From assembly GCF_036321535.1 (NCBI RefSeq), contig NC_087462.1, forward strand, positions 186,001 to 250,000: DNA of 64,000 nt, in the 5' to 3' direction. Source of the DNA: Camelus dromedarius. Lineage: Eukaryota. Both the position numbers and the translations under genes were made by a program. Positions within the stretch are counted from its first letter, which is position 1. Each line of letters opens with the position of its first letter. Below, piece by piece: positions 22,501 to 30,872 of this stretch. The notes under the pieces were generated by a model, which did not search any database, was not told the origin of the DNA, and saw nothing but the letters and a program-made list of their open reading frames with translations.

Positions 22501-23797
22501 AAGAGCACTCTGGCACGACCCTCCCGGATCTCCATATCAGGATCCCCCCAGAGCCCCCCACTTCCCCCCGAGAGCACCCCATCACAACCCCTCTGGAGCT
22601 CCAAATCACAACCTCCCCTGAGGTCAGCCCCGAGCAGGCCTCCACCCACAGCCCAGGGAGTCCTGGCCTGGCACCTAGAAACAGCTCCACGAGGCCCTGC
22701 CACCCGGAGATCCACGAGTCGTCAGCACTGGGGGTTTTGGAGCTATTGTGTGAGGCGGCCTGCGGGCCAGGGGTGGCTGTGCGCTGGACCCAGGCCCCTG
22801 GCGGACTGGCAAGTTACGAGACGCGGGAGTCCGGGGCCCAGGCTTGGCTGAGCAGCAGGAGCGCCCTGTGGACCAAGTGCCACGCTGAGGGCTGGTTCCA
22901 GTGTCGCCTGGACCCGGGGGGCCAGGTGGCCAACCTGCACCTGGTCCCGGAAACCTGTGAGTCTGGGGTCTGGGGTGGGCACTGGGGGAGCTGGGAGGGA
23001 GGGAAATTTGTCAAGGCCTTAGACAAGGAGGCATCCTGCTGGTTTCAGTTTCCCCAGCTGTCCAGTGGGCTCCCCGGACTGCAAGATAACAGCTGCCTAA
23101 ACGGTGGTGAGAACTATGTTTCCAAGACCGTGTAGATGCCACAGCACTTTGTAAACTCTAAACTACGTGGGCCACGGCAGCCTGTGGAATAGAAACAGAA
23201 CTAGAATACACCTACTTGGGTAATTTCAGTTTTTCTAGTAGCCACATTCAGGAAAAAAGGAGAAATAAGTTTGATAATATATTTCATCGAACCCAATACA
23301 TCTCAGGTATTATCACTTCAACATGTCATCTATGAAGAAGCATGAGTGAGATTTTTTTCTTCACATTGGTCTTCAAAATGCAATGTGTTTTACATGGACA
23401 GGGCTGTCCATTCAGAGGGGCCATATTTCACAGGCCGTCTGGCCAGTGTCCCCCTCACTGGACAGCCCAGCTCGAACTATAAGATCCTATGTACCTTTCA
23501 AAAGACTCACCTTAAAGTCTTTTGGCTATTCCAGGGATTTTTATATGACTCAAAAGATGTTTCAAACCATGAAGTCCTTTGTAAAATTTCAGGGAACTTG
23601 GTGAATTGGGGTGCCTTAGGCAGACTGCTGGGCTGCTCCCCCAAAACCTTCAGAAAGGGGTAAGTATTCCGATGTGTCTTTCTCCAGGTTCCTCGCCAAC
23701 CTCTGCAGCCCTGTGGACCGGCAGCTTGGTTCTGGGGCTGCTTCTCCTGGCGTTCCTCATCTACCACCTGCAGAAACGCTGCCGGCACACCAGCTGA
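19535..23797 (+). CDS. MADCAM1: Mucosal addressin cell adhesion molecule 1, 426 aa; join(19535..19595,19760..20032,20456..20791,22456..22956,23688..23797)
   Basis: Signal peptide MEQGVFLPLLLLLGLL; Ig1 with the integrin-binding LDTS loop (QWRSLDTSLG); Ig2 AFPNQLTVTPEALV; Pro/Thr/Ser mucin plus third Ig-like domain; TM ALWTGSLVLGLLLLAFLIY; tail HLQKRCRHTS. All introns GT-AG and phase 1. Confidence 0.95.
19760..20032 (+). CDS. MADCAM1: MADCAM1 exon 2 (Ig domain 1)
   Basis: LTCRLAC...QWRSLDTSLG...CVGSCG. Confidence 0.95.
20456..20791 (+). CDS. MADCAM1: MADCAM1 exon 3 (Ig domain 2)
   Basis: Acceptor CCCTCCACAG|, donor CAG|GTAAGT. Confidence 0.95.
21540..21800. mobile_element. L2 3'-end fragments (three similar termini) in MADCAM1 intron 3
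   Basis: gcacatagtaggtgttcag, ggcgcacagtaggtgctcaag and ggcacacagtaggtgctcag. Confidence 0.7.
22456..22956 (+). CDS. MADCAM1: MADCAM1 exon 4 (mucin + IgA-like domain)
   Basis: Acceptor CCATTTTCCAG|, donor T|GTGAGT; 501 nt open frame. Confidence 0.9.
23140..23470. mobile_element. MER33-like DNA transposon relic in MADCAM1 intron 4 (approx.)
   Basis: ttttctagtagccacatt...ttatcacttcaacatgtcatc...ggtcttcaaaatgcaatgtgttttac. Confidence 0.6.
23688..23797 (+). CDS. MADCAM1: MADCAM1 exon 5 (TM + cytoplasmic tail)
   Basis: Acceptor GTCTTTCTCCAG|; TGA at 23795-23797. Confidence 0.92.
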
Positions 23798-24025
23798 TGG
23801 CCAAGGCCGCACTCTGGGCCCCCTGCCCTGCCTGGACCACACTGAGGGGGACTTTCCTTCCACTCAGTTGCGACTAGAGGACGTTAGCAGGGTTCTGGGC
23901 AGCAGGGGGGCTAACCGTGGGCCCTTTACCCTGATGGCCAACACATCCGGCTTCCCCAGCAGGCTGGGCTTCCCCTCAGTGGAGCCCTGGGGAGCCTCCC
24001 CCACCCCAATGGTGCATAGCTAGAG

Positions 24026-24031
24026 AATAAA
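24026..24031 (+). terminator. MADCAM1: MADCAM1 poly(A) signal AATAAA
   Basis: About 230 nt after the stop codon. Confidence 0.75.
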
Positions 24032-24779
24032 GAGCATCTGGTCTGACCTGGGTGGTTCCTGTGATGGTATGAGGAACCTGGAACCCTCTGCTCTAGATGA
24101 CTCCCCAGAGAGACAAGGAGGGACACACACCCTCACCCTCCTTGGCCAGGGTTGGGCGAGAGGCTTGCCCTCTTCCTGGTGCTTTTCCTGGATGTGGGGA
24201 CACTGGAACTAAAAGAATAAATAAGAGTCCTGAAAAGAAGCAGAGAAAAGTATTAGTTGGGAGACAGCAAGGGCAAGGACACAGAAGAGACGTGGCTTGT
24301 TAAGGGAAACTGCATCTCTTTTAGGGTAGCTGGGGACTGAGGCGGGAGGAGAGGCGAGGGCGAGGCTGGCTGTAGATTTCAGGGCCTACAGGAACTGGGG
24401 AGCTATGGGAGAGTTTACAGCTACGGAGGGTGCAGTGAAAAAGATCCTTCTATTGGTAAGGTAAGGTAACAGCCTGGGACAGGGAACTGGGGACCGTGGG
24501 TGGTCCACTCATTCCGCGAACAAGTGCAGTCGGGGGGACTAGTGGCCGCGAGGGCTCAGAGCAGACCCCCTAACCCAGCCTGGAGTGGGGGGAGCCTTTC
24601 CCAAAGAGTTGAGCTACAAACTCAGGCGGAGACTGGGTTAAGCTGAAGGCCAGACTGAGCACAAAGGCTCCGAGGTGAAAGTCAGAAAGGGGCGGGATGG
24701 GGGGCGGCGCTTTGTCCCGGAGTATGGGTGGAGCCATCCCGCCCTCGCTCTCCAAGCTTCTTTGGTCACCAAGGATGCT

Positions 24780-25123
24780 GGTTGCTAGGGGACCATGCTA
24801 CTAAAGGACTCGCCCACTACCAAGATGGCAACCAGTCCGGCTTCATACCAGAAACCAAGCCCTTCCTAGGGAATCCATCTTGGAGTCGGGCAAAGATTTA
24901 GGTTCCGAGCCTAAGCCAGGAAAGCGAACCGACACACGTAAAGAGGGAGCCGGAGAGAGAGTGCCAATTAGAACCAAAGGGAAATGGTGTCCTGAACTGG
25001 TTAGTTCCCAGAGTCTTCCAGGGGGATTCAGGCGCTCTCTGCCCTTAACTAAGATGGCTGCCCCGAGGCGCCAGCGCGCTATGAAATATGGCGACACTTC
25101 CGGTCCCGCTGCCCTCAGCGAAG
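24780..25123 (+). promoter_or_regulatory. TPGS1: TPGS1 promoter (RFX-like X box 24781-24794, three YY1-type AAGATGGC, ETS CACTTCCGG ~25095)
   Basis: Motifs read directly; CpG island extends to ~25600. Confidence 0.65.
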
Positions 25124-25461
25124 ATGGCGACGGTGGAGAAGCGGCGGCTGGCTGTATCCCAGGCGGCCGGTTTCACAGACAGCGGCCGGCCGGGGGCGTC
25201 TCGAACGGCGGCGATGACCGAGAGTGAGGAGGACTTCCTGCGGCAGGTCGGGGTGACGGAGATGCTGCGCACGGCCCTGCTGAAAGTGCTGGAGGCGCGA
25301 CCCGAGGAGCCTATCGCCTTCCTGGCGCACTACTTCGAGAACATGGGCCTGCGCTCGCCTACAAACGGCGGCGCCGGGGAGCCACCGGGCCAGCTCCTGC
25401 TGCAGCAGCAGCGACTGGGCCGCGCGCTGTGGCACCTTCGCCTGGCTCACCACTCCCAGAG
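25124..25461 (+). CDS. TPGS1: TPGS1 coding exon 1
   Basis: aagATGG context; donor AG|GTGCGG. Confidence 0.93.
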
Positions 25462-28400
25462 GTGCGGGGCGGGGCCGGTCCTGGGCGGCTAGGGGCCGCG
25501 GCCGGACTTCAACTCCCAGCGTGCTCCGCGCGGCTCCCCCGCCCTTGGCGCCCGAGCGCGAGGCATGCTGGGAACTGTAGTCCGCTGCACATGTGGCGGG
25601 ATGGGCGCAGACCTTGACGGGCTGGAGGTCCCCAGCGTGGCACCTAGCTGAGTGCTTGCGTCGATAGCTCTGGCCCACTTCGTCTTTTATGATGCCTCTT
25701 TGCAGGTGCTGAGTTCCCCCTTGCAGCCCACTCCACTTTTGAAAGTCATGGAGCCCAGAAAGGACTTAGCCCAAGGTTGCAGAGCAATTCTCTGAGCCAG
25801 GTCCCTCCTAGCAGCCTCGTTAACAGCATTGTAGCATCCCCGTCCGTTAAGCCAGAAAATGAGTATTTGTAGGTCTGGGCCGTGGAGACACAGAGAAAAC
25901 CAGTCACCCAAGGCCCCTACCCTAGGAGTAGGCCCCCAGCAGGCACCGAGGAAGGGGCCTGCGCGACACACAGGGAAAGGTGTTTCAGTCACGAGGCAAG
26001 CAAGTGCACTGGCCTGGAAGCTGTAGTGCTGCCGTGAAGGACCCACTGGGGGAGGGAAGGCAGTGGATGCTTCCTGTGGCTGAAGCATGGTGGGGTGGAG
26101 GGGATGGCTTCCCCCACCCCACCCCGCCCCGCCCCGCCCATCTCTGAGCCCAGGGAAGGGGGCTGAGGAACATGCTTTGAGTGAGTGGTCCGCGTCCAGA
26201 GGATGGGAAGAAGTTGACACGCAGCATCAACCAGATAAGGTCACGGCTGGATGTGGGTGGGCTGGGTCTTAGGTTGGGGGTGGGGGTGGATTCCCAGAAG
26301 CAGGGTCTGAGGCTAGCATTCACGTGGGGGTAATTTTAAGAGGTCGCTCCCCAGAGAACCCATGGAGGAGGAGGAGGCCAAGCAAGGGAGAGTTTCAGTC
26401 TGACCCCCAGCACTCCCTGCCCACAGACCCCCCTCCCAAGAGAGTCAAGGTGCAGACCCCAAGAGAAGGGAAGCACAGAGAGGCTGGGAAGGGAGCCAGG
26501 GTGTGGAAGGGGTGTGGAGAGGAGCACCAGATCTCCACCACAAGGGGAGGGGAGAGCAGGGTGTCCAAAGTGACAGCCAGGAAAAGCTGCAGGATGGCCG
26601 GGGCCACCCCTGAGATGGGGACCTAGGGAGGGGAGTGGGCTGGTGGGTGTCCATGTGCTCAGGGCAGGCTCTGAAGGTTGAGCTGCTGGGTTTGCTGGGG
26701 CCGAGGTGGCAGGGGTTGTGCACGAACAGTCTCAGGTGGTCTGTGAGATGGGAAGTCACTGGTTTGGGGAAATTTCCAGAGTTGCTTGGGGACTATTCAT
26801 TCAGGGTCTGGGTAAACCTCGCAGCAGGAAGGTGGACAGTCGGGTCTGCAACTGAGACATGTGACTGCTACAGGAGGTTTGTCACCTGGGAGGGCTAAGA
26901 CCCCAGGCACTGACTTCAAGGAGCCCCAGCTCAGAAAACCCACAGAAAAGCATGAGAAGGCAGACCAGACATGAAGGAGAGAACTAGAAGAGAGTGACAT
27001 TCCAGGACATCCTCCAAGGAGGAAGAAAGTCAGTGGCAGGACCACATGTACAGTTGTTCAGGTCGTGCACTGTGCAAGCCACTCACCCCCCCCCCCCCAT
27101 AGACATCACAGACAAGAACATTTATATGAAGGCTTTTTGTAGAGCTTTTTCCCTGATTCACACAGAGACACCTTGTGGGCTGGCAGTGGCCCTGTGTCCG
27201 ATGGCCCGATAGATGAGGGCTGGGAAGTGTCTGATGGATTTAGAGCCAAGGGGGCTGTTTGAGATTCCTAGAGCTGCTGTAACAAATGACCACAGACTTG
27301 GGGACTTGAAACAACAGACGTGTATCCTCCACTGTTCCGGAGGCCAGAGTCTGAAATCAAGCTGTGTCAGGGCTGTGTTCTCTCTGGAGGCTCCAGGGGA
27401 GGGTCCTTCCTGCCTCTTCCGGCCCCTGGGGGCTCCAGGTGTCCTGGGCTTGTGACTGCTTCCCTCCCATCTCTGCCTTGTCTTCCCCACGGCTTCTCCG
27501 TGTCTCTGTCCTCTCAATAGGACACTTGGCATTGGATATAGGGCCACCTCATCTCCAGATCCTGAGCTGATCACATCGGCAGAGACCCCATTTCCAAATA
27601 TGGTCACACTCACAGGTGCTGGATGGACCTACATTCAGGGGATGCTGTGCACAGCACTTCAGGGGTGCTGGAGCCAGGGGCTGGTGACAGTTGGGAGAGG
27701 AGGGGCACAGAGGGTGAGTGGCAGGTGCTGGTGGCTGATGTGCCCTGGCACCTGGGCTCACCTGGTCTCCCAAGAGACAGAGCCAGTGGTGAACTCAGAA
27801 GGTGGGGTCGCAGCCAGGAGCCCCTTATCCTTGGCCGATGGGCGAGAAGCGGAAGCCAGGCCAGGTGAGTCCTGGATTTCGGAGATAGGTGGTCCCTCCG
27901 AGGCCAGGCAGCTTTGTCCTGACGCCAAGGGGTTGGCTGGGGCGTCCTGGGGCTGTTCTTGAGAGCATCACCAGCATGAAAGATTTGGGGAGAACTCAAC
28001 CAAAATGAGAGATTTGGGGAGAGCGCAACCAAAATGAGGCCAGCCTCTGCTGGCATCTCAAGAAATCAAAAGCTCTGGCTGCTAGGACTGGTGATGGCAG
28101 CTTTGACATTCTACTGGCCCCCAGAGCACAAGCAGGACTGTCCCAGGACTGGCTGAGGCCACCTGGGCACTGTGGCCTGAAGGCCTCCCTCTGAGCCACT
28201 GAGTGCTCAGAGGTTCAGCAAGAGTGCGACCCCTGCAGATCCTGTGGACCCAGAAAACACGCGGAAGCACCAAAGGGTCTACGCCAGTCTCAGCTCAGAG
28301 CATCCTCTAGGGAGCATGCCGGGCACTGGGGGGTGTGGAGCCGCATCCCTGACTCCACCCACTCGATGCCAGGAGCCACCCCCAGCCGTGACAACCACAG

Positions 28401-30630
28401 ATGTCCCCAGAGTCCCCTGGGGTCAGAATCTCCCCTGGCCAGACCCCTGGGTTAGGGATTTCACTGGCCCCAAGAGACTGCATTCATGACCCTCTGACCT
28501 CTGAGGTCCTGGGGTGCTGCACACATTTAAGTACATACCTGAGTGAGAGGGAGGCGGGGGTGACTCAGAGCTGGGAGTCACCTTGGTTTACAACGTCTGA
28601 CTCAGTGGGAATTCATGCGGGTGTCTGGTGTGAGCAGGGAGAGAACCGAATTTCTTTCCAAGTAGTTAACCAGGGTCTCTCCCCCTGGGCACTGCTGACA
28701 TGGGGGCTGGGTCACACTCTGGGGGGGGGGGGCCACCCTGTGGGTGATGGGCAGCATCATCCCGGGCCTCCAGCCATCCAGTGGTGACAACCAAAACTGT
28801 CCCCAGATATCACCCAGTGTCCCCTGGGGGCGGAGTCACCCCCATTGAGAGCCCCCAGTCCACAGTGGAAAATCTCCGTGTCTGTTTCTGGACACAATCC
28901 ATAAATCGGTTCCTTTTAAACAAACGCGCAGATGGTTTGCAAACTGCTGGGTGTGGGGCTGACCCGAGTGGAGCCTCAGTTGTGCCCAGGCCCCACTGCA
29001 CAGACAGGGAAACTGAGGGCCAGAGCCTAGGCCGCCAGGACGGTTCAGCAGGTGGCATGGGCGCCCCCTCGTGGCTGGGAGCTGCCAGGGGGAACCCCAG
29101 GGAGGACGGATGGGAGGCGGGGCCTAGAGGTTGAGTTTGGCCTTCCTCTGGGCTGCCCGCCTGATCCTCCAGTCTCACTGGGTGTCACTGCTCCTCCATG
29201 AGTCTCCCTGCCCACGGGGCCAGAAGCCTGTGGTCACCAGCATCCAGGCAGTGGCTGAGCTGCAGCACTGGTTACAGCTAATGACAGGTGCACATGGGGC
29301 CCCTCCCACATGCCAGGCACAGTCTGAAGCACTTGGCCCAAAACTTACCCTCTGCCCTCCCAAGAATCCTGAGATTCGGGGATTAGGACCCTCATTTTCC
29401 AGATGAAGGAAGCAAAGAGCGCAGGGTCCTCAAGAGGCAGCTGATCCTTGGTGTGTCCCTCGGCCCCCAGCCGTTGCAGCCCCAGGCAGCCCGTCTGGGA
29501 CTGACATGGCCATATGCCAACAAATCTTTACAGAAACAGGCAGCAGCCAGGTTTGAGCCACATCTGTGGTTCAACTCTTGGCCTGTGCGAGGAGGAAAGG
29601 TGGGCACGGTGTCTGGCCCCAGAGAGCCTGTCAGTGCAGGCATCATCAGCGGGAGGGCCGCTGGAGAGTCCGTGGGCAGGTGCCCGTTGGTTGAGTCAGC
29701 AGACGATCCTCGGCCCCCTGGGCAGCGTTCTGGGCACTGGGGCTGTAACAGTGACCAACAGATAAGCCCCCTGATGTGGACTCCTGGGCAGATGTGGGAG
29801 AGAGGAAACTCCTGAGGACCCCAGACAGTGGGTCTAATGTGATGACCGCCAGGAAAAAAAGTAGAGGAAGAGGTCAGGGAGTTGGGGAGGCCCCTCTTCC
29901 CCAGAGAGGCAAAGACTGGGAGGAGCCTGGGGAGGTCTGGGGAAGCGCACTCCAGGGAGGGCATAGCTGGTGCACAGGCCCTGAGGTTGTACGGGCCTGG
30001 TGTGCTGGAGGAGGAGCTGCGGGGCAGGGCCGAGGGTGGGGCGGGGCGGGGCGGGGCTCTGCCCGGCTGGCCCAATGTCCCGGTCCGCTCCGCAGGACAG
30101 CCTTCAACAACAACGTCGGCGTGGCCTACGAGTGCCTGAGCGCCAGCGGGCGCAAGAAGAAGCCGGGGCTGGACGGGCGCACGTACAGCGAGCTGCTGAA
30201 GCGCATCTGCCGGGACGGGGAGGCCCCTGAGGAGGTCGTGGCGCCCCTGCTGCGCAAGATCCAGTGCCGAGACCACGAGGCTGTGCCGCTGGCCGTCTTC
30301 CGCGCGGGGATGCTCACCTGCTTTGTGCTGCTGGAGTTCGTGGCGCGCGCCGGCGCCCTCTACCGGCTGCTGGAGGACCCGGGCCTGGCCACGGCCGACC
30401 GCCGCGTGGGCCAGGCGGTGCTGGACACCCTCGAGGGGGCCCTGCAGGCCAGCGACGACACCGCGCCCGCGCGCTACCTGGAGGCCGGCTCACGCCTGGG
30501 GCCCGACAGCCTGGCACTGGCCATGGACCGCGCCCTGGTGGCCCGGCGGCCCAGCGCCCCCATGACCCGGGAGGAGTTCCTGGAGAAGGCCACCGCCCTC
30601 TTCATTGCCAAGGTCAAGCCGGTGGGCTGA
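25124..30630 (+). CDS. TPGS1: Tubulin polyglutamylase complex subunit 1, 290 aa; join(25124..25461,30096..30630)
   Basis: MATVEKRR...[43 protein letters not shown]...[21 protein letters not shown]...[11 protein letters not shown]. Phase-2 GT-AG intron; length matches the recalled human protein. Confidence 0.96.
27255..27630. mobile_element. MLT1 (MaLR) LTR in the TPGS1 intron
   Basis: gctgctgtaacaaatgaccacagacttggggacttgaaacaacag...ccggaggccagagtctgaaatcaag...ttccaaatatggtcacactcacaggt. Confidence 0.8.
28290..28860 (-). mobile_element. Two MER20 copies (~28290-28445 and ~28673-28860)
   Basis: gtgacaaccaaaactgtccccagatatcacccagtgtcccctggggg...ttgagagcccccag matches the reverse of recalled MER20. 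Confidence 0.7.
30096..30630 (+). CDS. TPGS1: TPGS1 coding exon 2
   Basis: Acceptor CCGCTCCGCAG|; TGA at 30628-30630. Confidence 0.94.
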
Positions 30631-30866
30631 GCCCTTCCCTCGACTGCTGCCACCTGCGCCCAGAGCTGGGGCCCTGAAGGTCCGGCTGGCTGCTCCCGGC
30701 TGGAACATAGTCCGGGGCCAGGACTGGGATGTCCCTGCATGCCAGCGGGCTAGGGGGAGCCCCCCACCACCACCAGCTTCCTACCTGAAATGATGTCCCA
30801 GCCCCCTTCAGGCGGAGGCCAAAGCTCCCTCTCCGGACTCCCGCCAAGGCCCCTCTTATCCACAGA

Positions 30867-30872
30867 AATAAA
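30867..30872 (+). terminator. TPGS1: TPGS1 poly(A) signal AATAAA
   Basis: About 240 nt after the stop codon. Confidence 0.75.
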
